From the human T2T-CHM13v2.0 reference genome, Homo sapiens, in assembly GCF_009914755.1 (NCBI RefSeq), contig NC_060947.1: DNA of 64,000 nt, one strand, 5' to 3'. Shown piece by piece: positions 45,001 to 58,294 of the stretch (position 1 is the first letter of the stretch; every line of letters begins with the position of its first letter). The translations under genes were made by a program, and so were the position numbers. A model generated the notes under the pieces. That model was not told the origin of the DNA and did no database searches. It saw nothing but the letters and a program-made list of their open reading frames with translations.

Positions 45001-46465
45001 CCAGAGGATAGTGACCAATTTGGTAAATTAGATTAATGAAGGAAGGCAGGCATTAATAGTCACAAGCCTATTGTCTTTCCCTTGCCCTGCCAATGAAGAC
45101 CCATAGGGAATTTTCTATTTATAGAATCATCTATTCCCCCTTCAATATTCATTTCACTTTCTTAGGATATCTGGAGCAGCCCTGCTTAAAAAATAGAGAG
45201 AGTGGAAAGTAGTGGAAAGTTGGAGCTCTTGGCAATGTGTATGGGGTAGAAAAAAGAAATCATGCCTTGCTTATTATTTTTAAATTGTGTGACAGTTTGG
45301 CTAGCTAGCAAATTAAGGAGATAACATACATTTGAACCATTTTGCTGATTCATCACATTGGAAAGGTATTAATTATCACATTTTCCAATAGTACTACATA
45401 TTCTCTCTCATCTAATTCAAAATGATTTATTTTTATTTGTGGAAACAACTATTTTTCCTATTTGAGGAATTTATAGTATCTAGTATATTAATTTCTATGA
45501 GAGAGGTTTCATTAAACATTAAACAGTAACTGTCTGTTTATCCTGTTCTTTAAATATTGAAGTGAAATAACAGAGCAGATGGATATATGCCTGGCCCACA
45601 GTCAAAGGCAAGTTGTAGATTTGAGATCGTATACAATTCTCTCTGGGCCCATAGTCTTTCCTCTAGAATACACTTCAAAGTTACTGGAATATGATGGAGA
45701 AAATGTTTTTCTTTCTATTTTCTGTACTAGCAAATTACTGTTCCCATTATTAGAAAATGATTAGCAGTTTACTTTGTTTTCTCATTTAATTAAATAATAA
45801 ATAGCAGACATACTATGACCCACAATATTGTAGGGAAACCAAGCAGCTGTCACTGTAATATTCCTTTGCATGCTGAAATGTAACTTCCCTACCCCTTAAA
45901 TATTTCCAGAAACAAAGACACTCTTAAATTACCAGATAGTAGAAGACCTCGATTAATAAAAACATGGATTATTTTGATGAGCTGAACAGATGAGATAAAG
46001 TACCTTTGAAACTTTACCATTTTTATAGGCTTTAAGTTCTTTTAAAAATGCTTCGTGTTTCGAAGTTTTTTTTTCTTCTAATTCATCACAGTGAAATGTA
46101 TTAAATTATCTTGAAATTGGTTGGTTTGAAGCCCACTTTGTTACCATATTTCTTGGAATGGAGAGAAATAAACATATCAATTTTTCCCTGCTGCTTGATT
46201 AATTGAAGGTCTGAACCCAGCAGGGACAGTTAGCTACGAATGACACAATTATGATGCATGACTTATCTCAAAGAACTTATTTTCCCTGAAATGTCAAAAT
46301 ATCTCAAGAGGATACAAGTTTTCCAACTTTAAGGTGAAACCTGCCTATCACAACATTTCTTTCCCTTCAAGTCAAAAGTGTATGTGCAACTACTACTGAT
46401 TTGTTTACTAGCTTGAAGCGGGAAGATCAAATGGGAAAGACAATATCATCCATTCTAAAGCTTGC

Positions 46466-48185
46466 ATTTTTATTATTTTATTTTTCAAAATAAATTTTAT
46501 TGTGTATATTTGAGGCTTACAACATGATGTTGTGGGATATATATATATATAGATACTTAAATACATATACATAGTACAATTGTTGCCATAGTGAAGCAGA
46601 TAAACATATCTATCATCTCGCATAGTTACTTTTTTGTGACATGGGCAGCTAAAATCTTATTTAACAAAAATCCCTAATACAATACAATTTTGTTAGCTTT
46701 AATCCTCTTGTTGTACATTAGGTTTCCAAATTTGTTCATCCTAGATATCTACTATTTTGTATCTTTTAACTTACATATCTCCATTTTCTCTACCCCATCA
46801 ACCTGTGGTAATCACTTTTTCATTCTCTATCTCTGTGCATTTGAGCTATTTATTCCATATACATGTTTGCCATTTGTATATCTTTATTTTGGAAATGTTT
46901 AAATATTTTGTGCATTTTAAAATAGAGTTACTTAGTTTTTTAATTTTAATTTAATTTTATTTTTTTTTGCTATTGAGTTGTTTCCGTTCCTTATGTATTT
47001 TAGATATTAACCCTTTCTTAGGTTTATGGTTGAAACTCTTTTTTCACAATCCATAGCTTGTCTCTTCACTCTGTTAATAATTTTCTTTGTTCTGAAGAAC
47101 GTTTTTAGTTTGATGTAATCCCATTTGTTTATTTTTATTTTTATTTCCCTTGTCTTGGGAATTATATATGTGTGTGTATATATATATTTAAAGCTGGCTC
47201 ATGCCTGTAATCCCAGTGCTTTGGGAGGTCAAGGCAGGAAGATCGCTTGAGCCCAGGAGTTCGAGATCAGTCTGGGCAACATAGCAAGCCTTTGTTCCTA
47301 TGAAAAATTTAAAAATTAGCTGAATATGGTGGTGTGTGCCTGTAGTCCCCTCTAGTCAGAAGGCTAATATGGGAAGATCAATTGAGCCCAGGAGGTGGAA
47401 GATGCTGTGAGTCAAGATTGAGATCACATCACTTCATTCCAGCCTGGAAAACAGAATAAGACCCTGTCTCAAAAAATAAAATACAATATAGTGTAACTGA
47501 CCAGACCAATGTCATGGAGCTATTCCACAATATTTTATTCTAATGTTTTTACAGTTCCAGGTCTTTTGTTTAAGTATTTTATTCACTTTGAGTTGACTTT
47601 TATATAGGATGTAAGATAAATAACTAATTTCCTTTTTCTGCATATGAATATCCAGTTTTCCCAACAGCATTTATTGAAAAGACTCTTCATTATTTATTCT
47701 TGGCATCTTTGTCAAAAACCTATTCATTATAAAGGCATGGGTTTATTTCTGGATTCTGTTCTACTGGGCTACGTATTCATTTATAAGTCAGTATTATATT
47801 CTTGATTACTACAACATTTTAGTAGATTTAGAGATATGATAGTATCTCTATTTAGAGATATGATAGTATCTCTAAATACTGTCATAGTACGATGCCTTTA
47901 GTTTAGTGTTTTGTTCTTTTTTTTCTACTGAAGATTGTTTTGGCCATTTGGGGTCTTTGGTAGCTCCATTCAAAGTTTTGGATTATTCTTCTATTAGAAT
48001 ATTAGGATTGTTTTTTATTACTGTGGAAAATGTCATTGAAATTTTGATAGAGATTGCTTTGAATTTTTAGATTACTTGGATAGTATGAAAATTTTAGCAA
48101 TATTATTTCCAATTCATGAAACAAATATATCTTTTCTTTTTCTTGTATTTTTTAAAATTTTTTAATCAGTGTTTTATCATTTGCA
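46466..48185 (-). mobile_element. L1MA9/10-like 3' fragment, interrupted by AluJ
   Basis: 3' end aattttattgtgtatatttgagg; ORF2 end with an internal deletion near 46860. Confidence 0.8.
47192..47485 (+). mobile_element. AluJ
   Basis: gatcgcttgagcccaggagttcgag...gggcaacatagcaag. Confidence 0.9.
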
Positions 48186-48944
48186 AAGAATACAGATGGC
48201 CAAAAGTTAAGACTTAGTTAACTAGAAATTAGAAGAGGGACATTTGGTACAAGCACATCTCAGGGACAAGTGAACTTTGGAACTTGACAGAAAGCAATGC
48301 ATATCATTAAAGCTTTCACCTCAACTCTCTTTTTATTATAATACATGCATTAGAAAAAAAAACTGTTTCAATTGTATGTCCCTTGTTTCCTCTAAATCAA
48401 ACCTTGTATAATGTTTCAAAATATACCAATTTTATTGGGTGGAATCCTGCTTTTTAAAATAAAATACGCTTTATAGAGGCAGATAGAAAAATATTTTCTC
48501 AGAAATTTAAACTTATGAAATCATGTATTTGTGATGACTATACATTTCATGTTCCTGAAACAACAACTTTCACCTGTATTTATCAATACTAAAAACAACA
48601 GAGTAAAAGAAAACCTGAGAAAGGAATATTTTGAGAAGGCAAAGTAAAGTTTGCTGGTCTCTAACAGATCTTTTGTGGCTAAGGAAAACTTATGGGAGGC
48701 ACTTTGGAATGAAAGAAATCCCATTCCATGGGTTTGAATGATCTCTGCTGCTTTCTCATGCACAGTAAATGAACATACCCACTGGTGTGGAACCTAATGA
48801 GCTTGTTAGTAGGCCCATATCCTTTATTTGGGAAGGAATACATGACACTGCCCCAGATGTCCAGGGCCAAAAATAATTCAAATTGAAATTAGTGATAAAG
48901 CCATGTATATCAGACTTTCTCTCATTTTTACTTCCATTTTCTTT

Positions 48945-49200
48945 AGTTTATTCATTGTGTTAAGTAGAAATGCCCAGCAGACATTGTGGCAGTTAGCTAC
49001 ATAAATGAAAAGAACACAGTTCCTGCTCTTGGAGTTCAGTCTAGTATTGGAGAGCTCACTTAAACGCATAAATGCACAGTGTAATGAGCACTCTAATTGA
49101 TGTCTAAACAAAAATACACAGGAACAAAAAAAAGACAGAGTGATTAGCTTCATGGGAAAGTGGAGGAAGAGTGGCACAGGAAGGATAATCTCCAGAGCAT
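48945..49200 (-). mobile_element. L2 fragment
   Basis: tttattcatt...cacagttcctgctcttggagttcagtctagt. Confidence 0.5.
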
Positions 49201-49205
49201 TGCAA

Positions 49206-49213
49206 TGTGTGTG

Positions 49214-49244
<31 letters not shown>
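49206..49244. repeat. (TG)n
   Basis: Seen directly. Confidence 0.95.
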
Positions 49245-50289
49245 TTGTGCATCCTCTCTTCCTACACCTTGCTTACCATCATGTGAGAATTTTTAAATAT
49301 TAGCATCTCTGATTCTTTTACAGGCTGGCAACTGGAGAGTATGCTTCTATCTGCACTCCCTTAGCTTTACATCTAGGAAAGAATGATTCCTAAAGTGTTT
49401 GCCAGTATTTGCCAGGAGGAAAACTACTCAATTATCATGTTCTATAACAAAAGAATATTTTATTCCGGTAACCCTGAGATTATGAATGATCTGTCTCATC
49501 CTTAAGTGTGACATTTTGCCCTTAGGCCCTACACTCTGTCAGGGTTATATATTCTTTCTTTATTCACATAAAAGTTAATGGAAATTTTATTCAGTATAGA
49601 AATTTGCAACTGAGCTATTATTTCAGATTAAGAATTTCCATTTAAGTAAATGCAGCAATGTAGGTTGCCAAAGGCAGAGGGACAATGATTCTTGTTCAGG
49701 TACTATTTTCTTGTATTTACCTGGCCAGCCAAATCTAGAGTCCAGATGTTGTTTGGATTTATCTGGTTTCAATTCTTTCCTCAACCACTTCTGAAAGAGT
49801 TCTTTTAAATCAACGATTAGTTTAAGGAAGCAAAACCTTTCTGAAAAATGTTTTAACCATATATAGCTCTACAATGGAATCTGCAATTCCGAAAACCACT
49901 GAAGAGTCAACTTTTTGTTTAGGCTGATGCCAAAATTTATTTTGTGGCAAAACATGATCTGAACTGACTTATGACCATTTCTTGTCTTTGTTTGTTCACC
50001 GGACATAAATATCTATACATATTGTGACAGAAATATTAATCTATTTGATTGTAGAGTACTGCTTCAGATGGGGATGAGATTGTTAATATATGCAACGTAT
50101 ACATTATAACATTTAAAAAGTCTGAATTATCTTGAATCCTGAAACACATCTATATGTAAGAAATTGAAAACATATAATGACATTTGTATGTCTAATGTGA
50201 CTCCTAATGTTTAATTCAAAAGTATAAATTTGTATAAAATCATTAAAAATACTTATGTATCTGGAAAACTTGTACTAATCTTTCACAAT

Positions 50290-50950
50290 TCACCTTAAAT
50301 GTAACTTTTTCTGGGAAGCCTTCTCACTCTCTCATAGCTAGTAGTTCCTGTGTCTGTGCTTCCTCAATACTTGATTTATATGTCTAATATACTTATTATA
50401 TAAATATTATTTCTTTCATGCTATCTCTACAATTAGGCTGTGAATTCTTCAAGGGTACTCTTCTTCTCCTATTGTTGTCTAGTGTCTGGTAGACTGCTTG
50501 TAAAATGTACCAGATACTTAGGAAATTTTAAGTATCTCTGTGCTAGATGCAACAATAAAGTTAAAAGTCAAAAACTTAGTATTTTCCCAGAAAATTCTTT
50601 GATACTAACCAATCATTTTATTCATTCATTTGTTATTGTAGAGCTATGTATATAGAAAGCTGATATCTCCCATCGGAAAAATAAAATGAAGCCTAAATTT
50701 ATTCCTTGCTATTAAGGATCTGACAGTGTCATTGACTGGCAATAAATTCACATCCAAACTTAATAAAAGTTTATATTATTCTGTTTAAGGTCTAAAAGAG
50801 TGCACAGACATGAAATGCTAAAAGAGTTTTCAAAAGATATAGAATTACAGTATAGAGCTTCGATAACCTACATGGGCCCAAAATTATATAAAGACCTTAG
50901 TGGAAGATGGAATATACAGAAAATCAGCAAGGCTAAGGCACCTAACTGGA
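50290..50950. mobile_element. L2 fragments (plus, then minus)
   Basis: ttttctgggaagccttct...ggctgtgaattcttcaaggg; attcattcatttgttattg. Confidence 0.5.
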
Positions 50951-51079
50951 TGTGAGACCAAGCTTCAAATAAGAAAAAATGAAAAGCAAAAAAGAACGGC
51001 AAGATCAAGCATATTAATCAAAGAGTTGTGGTAAACTCAGAATTCGCCTTGGTGTACACTCAGGAAATTCATTATGGTG

Positions 51080-51215
51080 GGTTACTCATAGTGAAGTTGT
51101 GGTCTATTGACCTATATGTATCAAAATCATCAGTGAAGGTTATTTAAAATGCAGATTCCTGGGCTTTATTCCAGACTTTTTGAATTAGAATCCCCGAGTA
51201 ATTAGAATTTTCTTG
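51080..51215. mobile_element. MER5A-like hAT DNA transposon fragment
   Basis: tttaaaatgcagattcctgggc...tgaattagaatc. Confidence 0.7.
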
Positions 51216-51237
51216 TAGTTTTTCGATTTTGTTTGTT

Positions 51238-51812
51238 TGTATATTAAGTATCTATGATTGCTTAACAAGTTACTACAAATTAAGGGACTTCAAACAATAT
51301 GCATTTAGCATTTTACATTTTCTGTAGGTCAGAAGTCTGGGCATGGCATGGTTGGAAGATGATAGATGGGGCTGCTATCTCATCTGAGGTTCGGGGGCCT
51401 CTTCTAAACTCATTCAGGTTGTGGTCAGAATTTAGTTTCTTACAGTCCTAAGACTGAGGCTCTTGTTTTCTTGCTAGTTGTTGAGCAAGGGCCACTTTCA
51501 GCTCCTAGGTGCTGCTCTCAGTCCTTGCTATGGGGACCCTTGCATCTTCAAGCCAGCAACAGCACGTTGGATTTTTCTCAAGTTTTGAATTTCTGGATTG
51601 CTTTTCTCTGACCAGCAAGGTAAAACTTTTTGCTTTTAAACATTTCATTTCATTAGGTCAAGCCCACCAGATATTCTTTACATTTTAAAGTCAACTGATT
51701 TGCGACTTTAATTATATCTTCAAGATCTCTTCACGATAGTAACTATATTAGTGTTTACTTTGAATAACAAAAGACTAGGAATCTTGTGGAGGGCATCTTA
51801 GAACACTGGATA
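51238..51812 (-). mobile_element. MLT1E/F-like MaLR LTR
   Basis: ttctgtaggtcagaagtctgggcatggc...gggcatcttagaa. Confidence 0.75.
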
Positions 51813-51829
51813 AGGCAGATCATTTTTAA

Positions 51830-54600
51830 AGTAATTCATACATAAAACAAATCATTCAAAAATCATAAAAGGAATAGTAAATCTCTTTCCCATTCTTGAT
51901 TCTGAGTCTCCCAGCTCTCTCTCTGCCACAAGCAACAATTGCTGTCAGTTTATTCTGAATCATTTCAGATTTCATCTTAGAAAAATAGTATTTTTTTCTT
52001 CTTTTTTCTATCCTCACAGAAGTATACTATACACACTATTTCATACTTTACTTTTATCACTTGACAGGGTGCCTTGAATCTCTTTAAATATCAGTACACC
52101 TAGATTCATTAGTTTGTTCTTTATATTGGTTGTGTCTGCACTTTGTATGAAACGTTCTTTCTCCCAGATTCCCTCCACCTAACTCCCCATGGCTTGAGTT
52201 CTCACTTTATTTAGTTTACTGTGCAATTTTCCCTTTTCTGAGATCTTCCATCTGTTCATCCAATATTAAGTAGCCACATGTTCATCATAGCACCTGTTTA
52301 ATTTTCCTCAACTTTTGCCTATCTGAAATAATCTTGTTTATCTGTTTACTTGTCTGTTTTCTCACCATCCAAATAGAAGGCAACCTTCATGAAAACAGAT
52401 ACTCCATCTATCTTGTTCACTGTTTTGTCTTTAGTTTCTGAAATAGTGCTTAGTGCATAGCAGATGTGCTTTAAATATTTGTTAAGTATGTTATTCCATT
52501 ATATGGATGCCATATATTATTTAATTAATATTATGTTTGTTTTCTGTTATAGACAATACTGCAATGAAAATCAGTGGTCATATATCCTGTGCCCATTTGT
52601 GAATATAGCTGTAAGATATATTTTGAAAAGTGTAATTACTAGGTCAAATCATATGCATTTAATATTTTGATAAGTCTTCCCAAATTGTGCACCATAAAGT
52701 TTTTATTAATGTTGACAGGCAATAAAAATGCATAAGAAATATATTTCTTTCAAATATTGCCTAACAAAATTTATCATTATACCTCCAAAAGTTTATTTTC
52801 ATTTTTAAAATTATGAGTGATAATGAACATACTTTTACGTTTATAGCAATTTTTTAGTTTGTAGTTATTGCTACTAACTGCTTATTTATGCCTTTTCCTG
52901 TTTTCTTATTGAGTTTTATGTTTCTATCTTATTGATCTTTTGAAAGTCTTTCAATGTTTACTACTCAAAAAAGTGTTATTTTTAAATGTTGTTTATTGAC
53001 TCTGTGCTTGTACCTTTAACACTATCAATGGAAAAGAATTAAACTCTCTAAAATATTTTTAAAAGGTTATTCTTAGCTAATACGGGTGAATGCAGCCAAG
53101 GAAAACACAATCTCAAGAAATACTGATAAAGTGTTCCCGAGGTAGTCAGACTGCAAGTCTATTTTAGGGAAGCAGAGTTACAGGCAAAGTCAAAAGTCAA
53201 TACACGGTGATTATACATTGGTTTGGCCAAAAAGGAAGGATACCTTAAAGTGGGGATTTACAGGTCATAGGTGGGTTCCGAGATTTTTTAATTTGCAATT
53301 GTTTAAAGGAAAAAAGTTTTGTCTAAAAACATGGAGTAAGCAGAAAGGAATGCTTAAGTTAAGATAAGGAAGCCTGTTAATTACCATGTGATGCTATGCG
53401 GGAGTCAGGTTGTGAGAGCAAGCCAAAAGTTTCTGAGTCAAAGTGACCTGTTTAGCATGATTGATGGTCTGCAGACATGATTCTCTCCAAGCCCCTTAGA
53501 AAGAAATTTTGAGAAAAGGTCAGAATTTAGTCTTCAACACTTACCATGATTGCCTGCTCCTTGATTTAAAAAAAAAAAAAGCATGTTTAATCCTGTCACA
53601 AACACATTTACCATGCATAGAACCACCATAGGCCCTGCTGACGTTTTTGTTTGTTTATTTTAGACAACATCATAAGAATTTTAGGACTCACAGATTGAAC
53701 CCTTCAAAGTCAGCCTGGGCACATGCCACAGGCAGATTTTGGTGCTTTCTCAACCTTCCTGTATAAAAATAAAAAATTCTATTACCATTGGTCTAGGAAA
53801 GCCTAGTTTTGTTAGAGGCTCTATTTATTGTAGGAAGGTCTGTGATGGTCTATCAAGTGCTGGACCATTCTGAAAGCCTCTAGACAGCATCCCCAGAAGA
53901 GGCCATCTTATTGATTTCTAGGAGTTATTTATATATTTTAAAAATCAACTTTTTGACTGTCATATGTGTTGCAAATATTTTTCCCATTTTGACATTTATG
54001 TTTTGACTTGGTTTATGATATGGTTTGTACGTATTACTTTATTTTTATTTTTACGTAGTCAACTACAATGTATTGTTTAATGTCTTCTGGGTTTCTATTT
54101 TGTATTTGGCTGAGGCAATTCTTTTCCACCTCTAGAATTTCTAAGAAAACCTATCCTATGCTTTCTCCTAGCACTGAAACTATTTATTTTAAGATGTATC
54201 TTTGACTTATTTAAGGAATTATGTGTTAAATAATACATCTCTCTTTTATCTGAAAAGTCAACTTATCAGCTTTAATTTCTGGATGTATTTGGATAAATAG
54301 CTGGTCTCTCTTTCATAATCTATTGGTCTATCTATTAATATGTCTATTCCAATATATTCTAATACCTTAGCTTTATTAGATGCTTTAATACCTAGTAGTT
54401 CCTATTACTCTCCATCTCCATTATTTTCTTTTCTAGACTATTTCTGCCTATTATATATTTTCTCCACGTGAATTAACATGTTGAATTTATGCAGATAATT
54501 ATATTCTTTATATTATTGAATCTTCCTCCAAAAACTAAGTACAGTATTTCTTTTCTTTTTATTAAGCCTTCTTTTATTTACTTCTGTGTTTTCAACATAA
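51830..54600 (-). mobile_element. Fragmented L1ME, interrupted by L2 (about 52130-52490) and a MER4 LTR
   Basis: Degenerate L1 3' motifs (gtgttgcaaatatttttccc; aggtcaaatcatatgcattt). Confidence 0.5.
53023..53536 (-). mobile_element. MER4-family solo LTR (MER4D/E-like)
   Basis: Reverse complement starts TGAAGACTAAATTCTGACC; 4-bp TSD ACAC. Confidence 0.82.
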
Positions 54601-54913
54601 TTGGTAAAAAATAAAATTTATTTCTGAAATTTTCAACAAAACTGAAGAATGACTATCAAATACTTCCTGAAGCATTGATTTTGTACACGTCTTTTTCTAT
54701 GCTTCTGTTTTTACAAAATTGTCATATTATACTAGCCTGAGCTTTGAGCTCTTGAGCTGACTGGTTATCTAACAAAGCATGTGACAGAGCTGAATCAAAC
54801 TGGTAGTAATCCACTAAATATCTAAATGTCGGTGAATATAGTCATCCAGAAAATCATCCATTAATCTTTTCCGTAATTACAAAGTCTCACGCTATTCTAC
54901 AGAATTGTCCTAT

Positions 54914-56337
54914 TGTGTCCAGAACTGGTGGGTTCTTCGTCTCACTGACTTCAAGAATGAAGCCGTGGACCCTCGCGGTGAGTGTTACAGTTCTTAAAGG
55001 CGGCGTGTCTGGAGTTTGTTCCTTCTGATGTTCGGATGTGTTCGGAGTTTCTTCCTTCTGGTGGGGTTCGTGGTCTCGCTGGCTCAGGAGTGAAGCTGCA
55101 GACCTTAGCGGTGAGTGTTACAGCTCTTAAAGCGGCGTGTCTGGAGTTGTTCATTTCTCCCGGTGGGTTCGTGGTCTCGTTGGCTTCATGAGTGAAGCTG
55201 CAGACCTTCGCGGTGAGTGTTACAGCTCATAAAGGCAGTGTGGACCCAAAGAGTGAGCAGCAGCACGATTTATTACAAAGAGCAAAAGAACAAAGCTTCC
55301 ACAGCATGGAAGGGGACCGGAGTGGGTCGCCACTGCTAGCTCGGCAGCCTGCTTTTATTCTCTTATCTGGCCCCACCCACATCCTGCTGATTGGTCCATT
55401 TTACAGAGAGCTGAGTGGTCTGTTTTGACAGGGTGCTGATTGGTGTATTTACAATCCCTGAGCCAGACACAAAGGTTCTCCACCTCCCCACTAGATTAGC
55501 TACATACAGAGTGTGGACACAAAGGTTCTCCAAGTCCCCACCAGAGTAGCTAGATACAGAGTGTCGATTGGTGCATTCACAAACCCTGAGCTAGACACAG
55601 GGTGCTGATTGGTGTGTTTACAAACCTTGAGCTAGATACAGAATGCCGATTGGTGTATTTACAATCCCCTAGCTAGACATAAAGGTTCTCCAGGTCCCCA
55701 CCAGAGTCAGGAGCCCAGCTGGCTTCACCTAGTGGATCCCACACCTGGGCCATAGGTGGAGCTGCCTGCCAGTCCTGAGCCCTGCGCCCTAACTTCTCAG
55801 CCCTTGGGTGGTCAATGGGACTGGGCACCATGGAGTAGGGGGCCGTGCTTGTGGGGGAGGCTCAGGAGGCACAGGAGCCCACGGACGTGGAGAGGGGAGG
55901 GCCGGAGGCTCAGGCATGGCAGGCTGCACGTCCGGAGCCCTGCCCCGCAGGAAGGCAGCTAAGGCCCGTTGAGAAAATGAGCACAGCAGCTGCTGGCCTA
56001 GGTGCTAAGCCCCTCAATGCCTGGGGCCGGTGGGGCCGGCGGGGCCGGCGGGGCTGGCGGGCCCCAAGGCCGCTCCGAGTGTGGGGCCCCCGAACCCACA
56101 CCCACTCGGTACTCGCACTGGCCCGCAAGCACCGTGCGCAGCACCGGTTCCCGCCGGGCCTCTCCCTCCACACCTCCCCGCAAGCTGAGGGAGCCGGCTC
56201 CGGCCCAGAAAGGGGCTCCCACAGTGCAGCGGCGGGCTGAAGGGCTCTTCACGTGCCGCCAAAGTGGGAGCCCAGGCAGAGGAGGTGCCGAGAGTGAGCG
56301 AGGGCTGTGAGGACTGCCAGCACGCTGTCACCTCTCA
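54914..56337 (-). mobile_element. LTR12C (ERV9) solo LTR
   Basis: Reverse complement starts TGAGAGGTGACAGCGTGCTGGCAGTCC and ends GGACACA; 4-bp TSD CTAT; CpG-rich U3; U5 tandem repeats. Confidence 0.97.
55320..55660 (-). promoter_or_regulatory. LTR12 enhancer/promoter: repeated CCAAT boxes, GATA, GT-box and AATAAA (TATA-equivalent) at 55354-55359
   Basis: Five GATTGG motifs between 55389 and 55653; minus-strand core gtgggtggggccagataagagaataaaag. Confidence 0.8.
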
Positions 56338-56635
56338 CTATTTTACAATGAAAGGCCCTATTTACCATGCTAGTATCTTTATAAATTTGCCAATAGAGCT
56401 TGATATACTCGGCAGAATCTGGTTCAGACAGAACAATGCAGAGTGGAGGATAGCTGGCTGTACACGGTCTTATAATTTTTCTCTTTGAATATCAATAGTG
56501 GAAAGTTTTAGGATCCTCGATTTAGAAATAAATGTGTATCATCCTTTTCTCCTCTTCCTATGAGGTCTTGGTTGCATGCCACTTTGTTCTCTGATCACAG
56601 CAAGATATCCCCAGTGTGTGTGGGTTTTTTTACGG

Positions 56636-56654
56636 TGTGTGTGTGTGTGTGTGT
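56636..56654. repeat. (TG)n
   Basis: Seen directly. Confidence 0.9.
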
Positions 56655-57334
56655 TGGGGGTGTGTATACATACACATGTTTAGACGTTTTATTCTTTTAT
56701 GGCTTACGTACTGTTTTGTAGCCTTTTCCAACTATGCCTGTGTCATTGGCGTATGGATTCATGGTTTCAGTTCTTTAACAGCTAGATTTAAAATCGACTG
56801 TAAATTCAAACCAGTCATCCTGATTAGTACGCTTTCAACTTGTTCAGAGAACTCAGAGATACTTGATTCAGCCTCAGAGTTTAGCTGATAACCTTGGTAA
56901 ATTTCCTTAGGGCCCAGGGTTAGGTCTGGGTCAGCTGACCTTCTTCATGCCTAAAGAGCCAGTCTGGTATTTCCACAGTGACAGAGTCAGTAATATTTTA
57001 AATTTTGCTTCAGTGTTTTGGTTCTGTGTATTTTGTAAATGTAGTTTACTTCTAGGAACTTTTAAATTGCTATTTTAAATAGCATTTCCTTTTTATGTTA
57101 GAATCATTATTTTCAATGCTGTGTTTTTGAATGTGCACCATAGATCAAGAGCCAAGGCTTGGGGCTAGGAGGTAGTACAGACCCTGGGGACCGAAGAAGC
57201 ACTCAAGACCCAAACAAGTAAGTTGTGGTTCAGGGCTCGACTTGAATCCTTGAAGGAACATTGAAGTCAAAAATAAGGAAACTCAGACCTCAGTTTACAG
57301 ACGGTCTCATAGGAATTTATACAAACCTGTATTT

Positions 57335-57480
57335 ATATCATCTGTCACATTGTGACTATTTATTAACCTATCTTTCTCTCCTACTAATTGTGAACTCCTT
57401 CAGAACAGGGGTCAAATCTTGCTTATCTAGGAGTCTCCAATGCAAAACTCCAGATACAGAGTGGCTGTTGAATAAATGGT
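57335..57480 (+). mobile_element. L2 3' fragment
   Basis: ttgtgaactccttcagaacagggg...ttgaataaatg. Confidence 0.6.
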
Positions 57481-57935
57481 TGTCACTATATATTTCTGCT
57501 GTGCTATCATGTGGCTAATACCCAATATTTATTCCACGTGCTTTTCAATGTCAAGTGATTCTGACTAGGTAATCCAGCATCTTTCCAACTGTCTAGAACT
57601 GAACTGCAAAGGAAACTGCTGAATCTTCATTTAGAAATACTGAGTTTGAGGCATTTGCAGGAAACCGAAGTATAAATGCATTGGAGAAGGAGAGGATGAG
57701 AACTCTGAAATCTCTCCAACATAGTATTCTTGACTGCCTCACATCATGTTTCTTAGCATTGCCAAGGTTAAAAGAAATTTCTGTCCTGTGTAGTGTTGTA
57801 GAAAATGGCAATACTGACTTCCCTCCTTGGTGTTTTAAAATTCATTGTTTGAATCAGACATGTATAGAAATGCCATTAGATAGTCCCTGAAACTGAATGT
57901 TTGAAATACTATTATCATATGTATAAAAATTTTTA

Positions 57936-58294
<359 letters not shown>

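Noticed and set aside
55756-56331. Overlapping GC-rich ORFs that might suggest a gene with a CpG-island promoter
   Set aside because: Entirely within LTR12C U3; stop codons are scarce because of GC content.
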